A DNA stretch of 51,875 nt from an uncultured Halanaerobiales bacterium (GTDB lineage: Bacteria > Bacillota > Halanaerobiia > Halanaerobiales > M55B127). Position numbers and translations under genes: made by a program. Below, one piece after another: positions 1 to 8,802 of this stretch. The DNA is taken from contig CAZXRH010000001.1 in NCBI GenBank assembly GCA_964642575.1, positions 1 through 51,875 of the forward strand, in the 5' to 3' direction. The stretch's first letter is position 1. The number at the start of each line of letters is the position of its first letter. The notes under the pieces were generated by a model. It was given only the letters and a program-made list of their open reading frames with translations, was not told the origin of the DNA and did not search any database.

Positions 1-394
1 TACCACCAGTAGAATCAGCAATTACCCAATCACTTCTTGTTACTGGGGGTGGTTCATACTTTCCATCCCAACCTTCAAATGTTCCTTTGATGTTAATCTT
101 TTCCCCAAGATACATTTCTTTATTATCTAAAAGAAAATCAATTGATTTTATATAACCTTTATGTAAATCACATCTTGCTTTATCTGGTATTTCAAAAGGA
201 TCATTGGATAAATAATATTTAAATAATGCCCACTCAACCACTTCGATTTCACCATCTTTATATAGTCTCTCGATTTTTTCTCGACAGAGATTACAGTTTT
301 CAAATCCAACCTCACCAACTGCGCTAATGGGTACAGTAAAAATGGTTAACATTATAACTATAATAAGTAGATAATTAATTTTCTTTGCAGACAT
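1..394 (-). CDS. hypothetical exported protein (N-terminal part only; gene runs off the window start)
   Basis: Not in the ORF track because it is truncated by the window edge. Minus-strand ATG at 392-394 is preceded by AAAGGAGAA. The frame stays open to position 1. It starts MSAKKINYLLIIVIMLTIFTVPISAVGE, which looks like a signal peptide. No family recognised. Confidence 0.55.
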   Translation of the reverse strand, partial: MSAKKINYLLIIVIMLTIFTVPISAVGEVGFENCNLCREKIERLYKDGEIEVVEWALFKYYLSNDPFEIPDKARCDLHKGYIKSIDFLLDNKEMYLGEKINIKGTFEGWDGKYEPPPVTRSDWVIADSTGG

Positions 395-603
395 ATAAAA
401 TTCTCCTTTCTTTATAAAAAATATTTCTCAAATCTCATCTATTCTCGACAAGCAACAACTATACTTATTATATTGTACACTATTGTGGATATCCCCTTCA
501 TAAATAGCTAATCTTTGGAAAATATATTGCTATGATTAGAATTATTGTATATAATAAATATTAATTATTACTAATAATTATTCTTAGAAGTAGGGTGATA
601 AAG

Positions 604-2634
604 ATGAGCGAACAAAAAGTATTAGGTTTAATTACAATTTCAAAAGTTATTAGAGATGCTTTTGGTAAGCAGCTAGAAGAAATATTTGGCGAGAAAATTA
701 AAATCAAAAAATATCTCTTAAGTGATAATGATATTGATTTATCTAATTGTGATTTGGTTTTAAGCTCAAGTCGATATTTTTATAATAAGGTTCGTGATTT
801 GACACCTAAGGACAAGAAGGTAATTATTGTACGGAGAGCAATTAACCTTGAAAACATTTCAAAATTATTTCAGGTTAGTCCCAAAACAAAGACTTTAGTT
901 GTAAGTAATCACCATTATACAGCCAATGAAACCATTGAACTATTAAAAGAACTGGGTATTGATCATTTAAATTTTAGGGCATATACCCCGGAAGATAATT
1001 ATGAGAATGAAGAAGTAGCCATTACACCAGGAGCCAAATTTTTAGTTCCCAATAAAGTTGAGAAAGTAATAGATATCGGTGTAAAACTTATTGATATTTC
1101 TACAATAATTGAAATACTATTTTCTCTGGATTTTTCTTTGAAAAATAGTAACCTACTAATTGCCAATTATACTAAAAAACTAATTAATTTAAATAAATAT
1201 AGTACACAATTAAATATGGCTCTAGAAGGAATCTTAGCCACTTCACATGATGGTATTATTGCTGTTGATGCAGATAATAAGATATTGTTTATGAATAATA
1301 CCGCTGAAAATTTAGTGCAAATATCCAAAAGAACGAGTATAGGTAAAAAAATGGGTAATGTTGTAAAAAACGAAGCAATACTAAACATTTTAAAATCTGA
1401 CAGGAAAATCTTTAATGAATTAATTTCATATCAAAATAAAACATTTTTAGTGAATAAGGAACAAACAAAAAAATATAGTGATTTTAAAGTAAAGGTATTA
1501 AGTATAAAAGATATAACTGAAATACAAAAACAGGAAAGAACAATTAGGAAAAAGTTAGTAAAAAAAGGCTTTGTAACAAAATATACTTTCCAGGACATCA
1601 TAGGTATTAGTGATAAGTTAAAAAGAACAGTAAAGATAGCAAAAAAGATTGCTGATAATGATTATACAGTATTGATAAAAGGAGAAAGTGGAACCGGGAA
1701 AGAACTTTTTGCCCAGGCCATTCATAATAAATCTAGTCGGAAAAATAATCCATTTATTGCTGTCAACTTTGCAGCCCTTTCAGATAGTTTAATAGAAAGT
1801 GAACTTTTTGGTTATGAAGAAGGGGCTTTTACCGGGGCAAAAAAGGAAGGGAAACAGGGCTTATTTGAACAGGCCCATACTGGTACAATTTTTATTGATG
1901 AAATTGGAGATGCTTCTTCTACTTTACAAGCGCGGCTTTTAAGAGTATTACAGGAAAAAGAGATTATGCGGGTAGGAGGCAATAGTATAATCCCAGTTGA
2001 TGTTAGAGTTATAGCTGCCACCAATAAAGACCTCCAGGCATTAGTAGAAAGTGGTCATTTTAGAAAAGATCTTTATTACAGATTAAAAGTACTATATTTT
2101 ACTGTACCACCATTAAGAGAGAGACCTGAAGACATTTACTTTTTGGTCAACTACTTTCTAAACGAAAGAAAAGATAATAAGATAATAACAGATGAAGTAT
2201 ATAAAATATTTAAAGATCATAACTGGTATGGCAATGTTAGAGAATTAGAAAATATAATAAATTATATTAGTTCAGTAGTTGAAGAAAAGAGAGTTCAACC
2301 GAAACATCTGCCAGAAGAGTTTCAATTAAAAAAACCAGATAAAGATGATCTGAACGATGAAGTTATAGAAATTAAAGAAGAATTAAAAAAGAACGATGAT
2401 TTGATAGAATATTTTGCTGTACTGAGAGTGATTAAAGAAGCTAAAGACCAAGGTGTTAAAATTGGTAGAAGGAGGATAGCTCAAGAGGTAAGCAGCAGAG
2501 GTATCGACTTGAGTCCAGAAATGGTTAGAAACCGAATGAAAAAATTAAAAGAGTTAGAGTTAATAAAAGTGGGTAAAACACGACAGGGAAGTCGACTAAC
2601 GGATAAAGGTAAAAAGATAGTTGAAGATATTTAG
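604..2634 (+). CDS. sigma-54-dependent transcriptional activator (EBP), paralog A: N-terminal sensory domain + PAS-like + AAA+ + atypical C-terminal winged-helix-like domain
   Basis: AAA+ motifs [26 protein letters not shown] (the GAFTGA sigma-54 contact loop) and GNVRELEN. ATG 604 follows TAGGGTGA. The ORF-track start is GTG 595. About 40% of the sequence is visibly alignable to ORF 14654..16714. Confidence 0.9.
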   Translation: MSEQKVLGLITISKVIRDAFGKQLEEIFGEKIKIKKYLLSDNDIDLSNCDLVLSSSRYFYNKVRDLTPKDKKVIIVRRAINLENISKLFQVSPKTKTLVVSNHHYTANETIELLKELGIDHLNFRAYTPEDNYENEEVAITPGAKFLVPNKVEKVIDIGVKLIDISTIIEILFSLDFSLKNSNLLIANYTKKLINLNKYSTQLNMALEGILATSHDGIIAVDADNKILFMNNTAENLVQISKRTSIGKKMGNVVKNEAILNILKSDRKIFNELISYQNKTFLVNKEQTKKYSDFKVKVLSIKDITEIQKQERTIRKKLVKKGFVTKYTFQDIIGISDKLKRTVKIAKKIADNDYTVLIKGESGTGKELFAQAIHNKSSRKNNPFIAVNFAALSDSLIESELFGYEEGAFTGAKKEGKQGLFEQAHTGTIFIDEIGDASSTLQARLLRVLQEKEIMRVGGNSIIPVDVRVIAATNKDLQALVESGHFRKDLYYRLKVLYFTVPPLRERPEDIYFLVNYFLNERKDNKIITDEVYKIFKDHNWYGNVRELENIINYISSVVEEKRVQPKHLPEEFQLKKPDKDDLNDEVIEIKEELKKNDDLIEYFAVLRVIKEAKDQGVKIGRRRIAQEVSSRGIDLSPEMVRNRMKKLKELELIKVGKTRQGSRLTDKGKKIVEDI

Positions 2635-2641
2635 GTTGATT

Positions 2642-2693
2642 AATTGGGGTATATGGGTTTTTTAAAAAGAACCTATATACCCCAATTTCTTTT
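2642..2693 (+). terminator. intrinsic terminator after regulator A
   Basis: 18-bp stem AATTGGGGTATATGGGTT / AACCTATATACCCCAATT (2642-2659 / 2670-2687, one G-U pair), followed by TCTTTT. Confidence 0.75.
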
Positions 2694-2833
2694 ATCAATG
2701 AAAACATAAAACATCTTTATATTTATTATCAGATTAGCATAAATATTTAATATTTTCTGAATAAAATATTCTATGCTTGTTGTGACAGCGATTAAAAAAA
2801 TATTTTTTAAAAAACTATAAATATTGATAAACA

Positions 2834-2850
2834 TGGCACACTTAATGCAT
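2834..2850 (+). promoter_or_regulatory. sigma-54 (-24/-12) promoter for the racemase/dipeptidase operon
   Basis: TGGCAC-ACTTA-ATGCA matches TGGCAC-N5-TTGCW with the correct GG/GC spacing. It lies downstream of an EBP gene and about 200 nt upstream of the first operon gene. Confidence 0.8.
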
Positions 2851-3050
2851 CTATAAGGATGTATAGCTTCTAATACTAGCTTTAAACAGATATTTGAAAT
2901 TGAAAATATAGTCTGAATTGACAAGTGTTAATTGAATAAATATGCTGAGTTTAATTTTTTTAATTCAAATTATGATTGGTTAATAAAGGTCTATATTTTT
3001 AAAATGAAAGTTTTAAGAGACTAACAATATATAAAGGGGGAGAGATTAAA

Positions 3051-3809
3051 TTGCGGATTGCTTATGTAGTGCCGGGAATTATGGATGATGAGGAAATGAA
3101 ACGCAGAGAAAATCTCTTAAATAAATGGGCATTTGATGGAGTATTGGTAAAGGTTGCTGGTATAACCGAGGGGCCAGCTTCTGTAGAGTCTATGTATGAA
3201 GAATATCTTAGTATACCCGCAACTGCAAAATTAATTTATGAGTTAGAAAAGAAAGGATATGATGCAGCCATATTAGGTTGTGCAGGGGATCCAGGGCTTG
3301 ATGGTATGCGAGAAATAACAACTGAGATGTTGGTTGTCGGTCCTGGACAAAGCAGTATGCAGCTGGCAGTAATGCTGGGACATAAATTTTCAGTATTAAC
3401 CGTAACCGATAGTACTGTGGCTAGTTCCTATGAATTAGCATATAAAGCAGGGGTCAGGTCCAGTTTAGCTTCAGTTCGCCCCCTGAATATTCCTGTTTTA
3501 GAATTAGCCGAAAATAGAGATAAAACAGTTGAAAAGATTGTTTCCATTGGGAGAGAGGCTGTCCAGGAAGACCAGGCTGATGTATTAGTTTTAGGTTGTA
3601 TGACAATGGGCTTTTTAGATGTGGCCCAAGATATTCAAAATATCTTAAAAGTACCGGTAGTTAATCCAGCTAAAACTGGTTTAAAAACTGCCGAAGCATT
3701 GGTAGGTTCTAATTTAATGCATTCTAAAAAATCATTTATGACACCTCCTAAGATTGCTGAGGGAAAAGTAAATAGTTTAGACCAACTTTTTATAAGAAAG
3801 GGATCTTAA
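3051..3809 (+). CDS. Asp/Glu/hydantoin racemase family protein
   Basis: 252 aa. Two conserved Cys motifs, LGCAGDPGL and VLGCMTMG, are typical of hydantoin/aspartate racemase-type enzymes. TTG start follows GGGGGAGAG. Confidence 0.8.
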   Translation: MRIAYVVPGIMDDEEMKRRENLLNKWAFDGVLVKVAGITEGPASVESMYEEYLSIPATAKLIYELEKKGYDAAILGCAGDPGLDGMREITTEMLVVGPGQSSMQLAVMLGHKFSVLTVTDSTVASSYELAYKAGVRSSLASVRPLNIPVLELAENRDKTVEKIVSIGREAVQEDQADVLVLGCMTMGFLDVAQDIQNILKVPVVNPAKTGLKTAEALVGSNLMHSKKSFMTPPKIAEGKVNSLDQLFIRKGS

Positions 3810-3811
3810 TT

Positions 3812-4390
3812 ATGGAATTAGACCAGATATTAAATCAACGGAGAAGTATAAGAAAGTTTAAAGATCTACCGGTTGTTAAAGATGACATTATTGAAATATT
3901 AAAAGCGGGCGTAAAAGCCCCCAGTGCTGGTAATTTACAGCCATGGCACTTTATTATTACATCTAATCAAAAACAAATAGATAAAGCAGTTAATACCACT
4001 TATCTGGGAGCTGATATTGAGGGTGAAAGAAATCAAGATTGGATTCGTAAAGCAAAGTTTCTGATTATAGCCTGTATCGATTATAGAGATACTATAAAGA
4101 AGTACGGTAAAGATCATAAGAAATCAGCTGTTCAGGATGTGGCAGCGGCAGTTGAAAATATGGTGTTAAAGACAGTTGATTTAGGGCTTGCCACCTGTTG
4201 GATTTCCGGTTTTAGAGAAAACGAACTAAAAAATGTTTTTGATGTGCCTAATAATGTGGAAATATTAGCTTTTTTACCAATTGGATATAATGATGATTAC
4301 CAAAGTGACCCGAGTAAAAAAGATTTAAGCTCTGTTTTGTATGAAGATAGCTATGGAAAGAAGGCAAATTTTGATGAAACAGGGTTATAA
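3812..4390 (+). CDS. nitroreductase family (FMN-dependent) protein
   Basis: 192 aa. N-terminal RRSIRKF motif, and size and pattern are typical of the NfsA/NfnB-like fold. Only 2 nt separate it from the upstream gene. Confidence 0.8.
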   Translation: MELDQILNQRRSIRKFKDLPVVKDDIIEILKAGVKAPSAGNLQPWHFIITSNQKQIDKAVNTTYLGADIEGERNQDWIRKAKFLIIACIDYRDTIKKYGKDHKKSAVQDVAAAVENMVLKTVDLGLATCWISGFRENELKNVFDVPNNVEILAFLPIGYNDDYQSDPSKKDLSSVLYEDSYGKKANFDETGL

Positions 4391-5564
4391 AGGATATAAA
4401 TCATACCAATACTTAACAGAAGATGTTGATTATAAAAGCTTTGAATTATCCAAAGAAATCAATAGGGTTCAGCCTTATCAAATTAAGTTATCTGATGATC
4501 AGCTGAAGTTGTTTGATGAGATAGTAAATGAGAGCTTAATAATCGATTTACACGAACATCCTACTGTGATACCTAAAGATTTAGTTGACTTAAAAGATTA
4601 TGAAAGATCAGGTCGAGAAGTAACTGGTTTTGAGGCTTTATCAAAATCTATCACTGATGTGGTTTTTGATAATATGATGGATGGTACTTGTATTATTCAT
4701 TCTAAATCAGGCTGGAAATTCCAAGATGTAATCCATGATATTGGGATGAGAAACTGTGACATAGACCATCAAAATTTCTTCATTAAAGGTGAATCCTTAG
4801 ATGACTTTAATCGTGCTAAACAAGAAGAAAAAATTGCCTGGGTTAAAGTCTTAGAGAGTGCAGCAGTAATTGAAAATGAGTTAGATAGGATAGAACAATT
4901 ATATGGATTTGGTATTAGAATGATAGGGATAACTTATAGTGAGTCAAACAATTTAGGAAGTGGCTTAAAAGAAAAAGAAGATGGAGGATTGACTTCATTT
5001 GGGAAAAAAGCAGTTAGTAGAATGAATAAGGTGGGAATAGCTATTGATGTTTCTCATTGTGGTAACAAAACTGCTCTAGATATCATTAAAGAGAGTAAAC
5101 AACCTGTATTCATCTCTCATATTGGGGCAAAAGCCCTTTGGGATATTGACCGTTTAAAACCTGACGATGTTTTTAAGGCCTGTGCTGCTAAAGGAGGAGT
5201 TATAGGAATCGAAGCAGCACCTCATACAACAATCACTGAACAATATCCATATCATGATATGGATTCCTTTATGGAACATTTTGAATATATAAAAGATCTG
5301 GTAGGAATTGACCATTTAGCCTTTGGTCCAGATACCCTTTTTGGTGACCATGTTGGTTTACATGATTTATTTAGCAGTAATTTTTCTTTAGATCAGAAAA
5401 CAACAAGACATAAAAAAGTTGAATATGTTAAGGGATTAGAGAACCCGGCTGAAGTAACGGGCAACATATTAAAGTGGTTGATTAAACACAATTATTCTAA
5501 AGAAGATATTAAAAAGGTAATGGGAGAGAATATTATAAGAGTATTAAAACAAGTTTGGATTTAA
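4374..5564 (+). CDS. M19-like (renal-dipeptidase family) metallodipeptidase, paralog 1
   Basis: Motifs HEHP, IENELD, GITYSESN, IDVSHCG, ISHIGAKAL and FGPD follow the M19/amidohydrolase metal-ligand order. ATG 4374 gives MKQGYKGYKSYQYL, which aligns with the N-termini of the two paralogs. ORF-track start 4341 overlaps the upstream gene further. Confidence 0.85.
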   Translation: MKQGYKGYKSYQYLTEDVDYKSFELSKEINRVQPYQIKLSDDQLKLFDEIVNESLIIDLHEHPTVIPKDLVDLKDYERSGREVTGFEALSKSITDVVFDNMMDGTCIIHSKSGWKFQDVIHDIGMRNCDIDHQNFFIKGESLDDFNRAKQEEKIAWVKVLESAAVIENELDRIEQLYGFGIRMIGITYSESNNLGSGLKEKEDGGLTSFGKKAVSRMNKVGIAIDVSHCGNKTALDIIKESKQPVFISHIGAKALWDIDRLKPDDVFKACAAKGGVIGIEAAPHTTITEQYPYHDMDSFMEHFEYIKDLVGIDHLAFGPDTLFGDHVGLHDLFSSNFSLDQKTTRHKKVEYVKGLENPAEVTGNILKWLIKHNYSKEDIKKVMGENIIRVLKQVWI

Positions 5565-5623
5565 TAACAATAGTATTATAAAGCATGATAAGTGAGTAGT
5601 GAAAAAGCATAGGAGTTGATTTT

Positions 5624-6829
5624 ATGGGATTAAATAAAAAATATGATGGATATAAATCTTTTGGTTATCTAAAAGCCGGACAAGATTATCGCGAATTTGA
5701 ATTAGCCGAGCCCTTAGAAAGGGTAAAACCATATCGAATATCTTTAACAGAAACCCAAGAAAAGAAAGTTGAAAAAATTATGCAAGATTCAATAGTGATT
5801 TCCGTCCATGAACATCCAGTTCTATTTCCTAAAAATATGAACGAGGTTTTTGAATATAATCGGGAAGGTAGGCAGTTTACCCCTTTTGAAGCGTTAGCGA
5901 AATCTCCTTTAGATGCTGTTTTTGATAATTTGATGGACGGCACTTGTGCAATCACTTCAAAGCATGGTTGGAAATGGAATGATGTTTTATATGACCTCGG
6001 GATGAGATTAAGTGATATAGCACATCAAAATTATATAATTAAATGTGAAAAAGTTGAAGATATTATATCTGCTCATGAAAATGGTCAATTAGCATGGATT
6101 CCCACCATGGAGGGTGCAGCCATGATCGAAAACGAACTAGATAGAATAGACATCCTTTATGGTTTTGGCGTGAGATTAATGGGGATCACCTACAGTGAAG
6201 CGAATGCATTAGGTTCGGGATTAAAAGAAGAAAATGATGGTGGTTTGACTGTATTTGGTAAGCAAGCGGTAGAACGGATGAATAAAATTGGAATGGCTAT
6301 TGATATTTCACATGTGGGAGATCAAACAAGCTTAGATGTAATAAGAGAGAGCACAAAACCGGTTTTTATTTCTCATGCTGGAACACGTTCATTATGGAAC
6401 AGCCGTAGATTGAAACCCGATAATGTAATTAAAGCTTGTGCTGATAAGGGTGGTTTAATAGGAATTGAAGCTGCACCCCATACAACTTTAACTCAAAAGA
6501 ACAAAGAACATTCTATTGATTCCTTTATGGAACATTTTGAATATGTAAAAGATTTAGTGGGAATAGATCATGTAAGTTTTGGTCCTGATACTTTATATGG
6601 AGACCATGTTGGTCTACACCATGCCTATGCAGAACACCTATCTATAAAAGGAAGTCAGGCAGGTGGGGATCAATTTGAGGAAGTCGAATATGTTAAGGGG
6701 TTAGAGAATCCAACTGAAGCATCTATTAATATTATTCGCTGGTTAGTAGAACATGATTATGATGAAGAAGACATTAAAAAAGTAATTGGAGAAAATACCA
6801 TACGGGTATTAAAAGAAGTTTGGTATTAA
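5624..6829 (+). CDS. M19-like metallodipeptidase, paralog 2
   Basis: 401 aa, collinear with 4374..5564 and 11972..13174. Motifs HEHP, IENELDRIDILYGFG, IDISHVG, ISHAGTRSL. Confidence 0.85.
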   Translation: MGLNKKYDGYKSFGYLKAGQDYREFELAEPLERVKPYRISLTETQEKKVEKIMQDSIVISVHEHPVLFPKNMNEVFEYNREGRQFTPFEALAKSPLDAVFDNLMDGTCAITSKHGWKWNDVLYDLGMRLSDIAHQNYIIKCEKVEDIISAHENGQLAWIPTMEGAAMIENELDRIDILYGFGVRLMGITYSEANALGSGLKEENDGGLTVFGKQAVERMNKIGMAIDISHVGDQTSLDVIRESTKPVFISHAGTRSLWNSRRLKPDNVIKACADKGGLIGIEAAPHTTLTQKNKEHSIDSFMEHFEYVKDLVGIDHVSFGPDTLYGDHVGLHHAYAEHLSIKGSQAGGDQFEEVEYVKGLENPTEASINIIRWLVEHDYDEEDIKKVIGENTIRVLKEVWY

Positions 6830-6881
6830 AGATTTTTATTAATTGTTTATTATATGCACCGAAAGGAAAGGAGGGTGGGTT

Positions 6882-7832
6882 TTGAGTCAATATATACTAA
6901 GGCGTATTTTAATAATGATACCAGTTTTAATTGGGATCACTTTCATTAATTTTGGGATAGTCAATCTTGCTCCGGGTGATGCGGTGGATTTAATGATTGA
7001 TCCTAATATGAGTGAAGCTGATAAGGAAATTAGAAGAGAAAACTTAGGCTTAAATGATCCGTTTTTAGTTAGATATTTCAGATGGGTAACAGAGCTTTTC
7101 AGAGGCAACTTAGGATATTCTTTTACTACTTATAAACCGGTTACAGAAAGGGTAATAAGTAGAATAGGTCCTACCTTTTTATTAATGGGAACTGCTATTA
7201 TCATAGCATATTTAATTGCAATTCCCCTGGGAATCTTATCTGCTCTTAAACCATATTCCTGGCTGGATTACTTAACCAGCTTTATTGGGCTTTCAGGTGT
7301 TTCAATACCCACCTTTTTTTCAGGCTTAGTAGTTATTTATGTATTTAGTCTTAAGCTGGGCTGGCTCCCTTCGGGAGGAATTAGAAGCCTGGGGGCAGAA
7401 AGCTCATTTGTTGATAGCCTACGCCACTTGATATTACCTGCCGCTATTTTAGCGCTGGCCAATGTAGGGTTAGTTTTAAGACTAATGCGATCAAGCACTC
7501 TGGAAATTCTTCAACAGGACTATATTAGAACGGCCTGGGCAAAAGGACTTTCTCAGAGATTGGTGGTCTTACACCATGTTTTGAGAAATAGTTTAATACC
7601 GATCGTTACAATGGCCGGGATGCAGGTCCCAGTTTTGATTAGTGGAGCAGTGATAACCGAACAGGTATTTCAGTGGCCGGGTATGGGACTTTTAACAATT
7701 CAGGCAATTTTGAGTAGGGATTATCCAACTATCATGGCCCTGAACTTACTGGCCGCCATTTTGGTTTTAATTGGTACATTAACTGCTGATATTTTGTATG
7801 TAGTCATTGATCCACGCATCCAGTACAACTAA
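6882..7832 (+). CDS. ABC peptide/nickel-type transporter permease (DppB/OppB-like)
   Basis: Multi-TM protein with N-terminus xYILRRIL and C-terminus DPRI, typical of the family. TTG 6882 follows GGAAAGGAGGGTGG. The ORF-track start is 6843. Confidence 0.85.
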   Translation: MSQYILRRILIMIPVLIGITFINFGIVNLAPGDAVDLMIDPNMSEADKEIRRENLGLNDPFLVRYFRWVTELFRGNLGYSFTTYKPVTERVISRIGPTFLLMGTAIIIAYLIAIPLGILSALKPYSWLDYLTSFIGLSGVSIPTFFSGLVVIYVFSLKLGWLPSGGIRSLGAESSFVDSLRHLILPAAILALANVGLVLRLMRSSTLEILQQDYIRTAWAKGLSQRLVVLHHVLRNSLIPIVTMAGMQVPVLISGAVITEQVFQWPGMGLLTIQAILSRDYPTIMALNLLAAILVLIGTLTADILYVVIDPRIQYN

Positions 7833-7850
7833 AGTAGTGAGGAGTTGATT

Positions 7851-8771
7851 ATGATGAGTAGTAGAAAAGAAAAGTCTGGATGTGAAGATACAAAGAAACC
7901 TAATAGATTGCAGGATTTTTTGCGGGATAGCTATTGGGGTCCAATTTTAAAAAGATTTTTCAGACATAAATTAGCTTTAACAGGATTAATAGTACTTTCC
8001 ATATTAGTATTGATAGCTGTTTTTGCTCCTGCCCTTGCACCATATGATCCTTTTAAGATGGATGTAACTTCTTTTTCAGCCGGACCATCAGACAGCCATA
8101 TCCTGGGTACTGATTCAGTAGGTAGAGATATATTAAGTCGTTTAATTTATGCTTCCCGGGTTTCTTTGCTGGTTGGAATTGGCTCAGTTCTTTTAAATGT
8201 ATTAGTAGGAGTTAGCTTGGGAGGAATTGCCGGTTATATGGGTGGTTGGGTAGATTCAGTTGTAATGAGAATAACTGAAATGATACTTTCTTTTCCACCC
8301 TTGATGATTATTCTGGTCTTAGTTAGTTTTTTAGGACCCGGTTTATTTAATGTTATTTTGGTACTTGGGTTTTTGGGTTGGCCAAGGATCTGTCGTTTAA
8401 TTAGGGCTGAGATTATGAAAATTAAACAGAGTGAATATATCCTGGCAGCTCATGCTGTAGGAACACCGAACCATAGAATTTTAATTTTCCATCTCATACC
8501 GAATGCATTCCCCCCGGTTTTAGTTGCAGCTACCTTTGGGGCAGCCCGGGCAATTATTATTGAAGCTGCTTTAAGTTTTTTGGGAATGGGAGTACAACCC
8601 CCTACAGCAAGCTGGGGCAATTTACTAAGTGATGCCCAGTCCATGGGAGTATTGGGTTCAATGCCCTGGATTTGGATTCCACCAGGAGTAATGATTGTGA
8701 TAGCTGTATTATCTATTAACTTTGTTGGTGATGGACTTCGAGATGCGCTTGATCCTAAGATGAGAAATTGA
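7851..8771 (+). CDS. ABC peptide/nickel-type transporter permease (DppC/OppC-like)
   Basis: Motifs HILGTDSVGRDILSRLIYASR and EAALSFLGMGVQPP. ATG 7851 lies 6 nt after GTGAGGAG. The ORF-track start is 7845. Confidence 0.85.
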   Translation: MMSSRKEKSGCEDTKKPNRLQDFLRDSYWGPILKRFFRHKLALTGLIVLSILVLIAVFAPALAPYDPFKMDVTSFSAGPSDSHILGTDSVGRDILSRLIYASRVSLLVGIGSVLLNVLVGVSLGGIAGYMGGWVDSVVMRITEMILSFPPLMIILVLVSFLGPGLFNVILVLGFLGWPRICRLIRAEIMKIKQSEYILAAHAVGTPNHRILIFHLIPNAFPPVLVAATFGAARAIIIEAALSFLGMGVQPPTASWGNLLSDAQSMGVLGSMPWIWIPPGVMIVIAVLSINFVGDGLRDALDPKMRN

Positions 8772-8802
8772 GTATTTGAGTATAAAAGGAGGAAACAAAA
8801 AA

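Noticed and set aside
1167-2024. Antisense ORFs inside regulator A (1167..1388, 1812..2024). The same class of shadow ORFs occurs inside other strong genes: 3935, 5686, 6887, 8450, 11096, 12653, 13500, 14758, 15886, 23556, 25193, 29705, 36531, 43197, 43635 and 51369.
   Set aside because: All are embedded antisense in genes with clear family motifs. They have no RBS and no recognisable domains. Note that 1812..2024 and 15886..16086 are homologous only because they shadow the conserved AAA+ region of the two paralogs.
2525-2924. ORF-track entries 2525..2707 (-) and 2673..2924 (-)
   Set aside because: They lie in the AT-rich intergenic region and run across the regulator A terminator and the sigma-54 promoter/UAS region. 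They have no SD sequences, and the low-complexity hydrophobic translation is typical of AT-rich noise.
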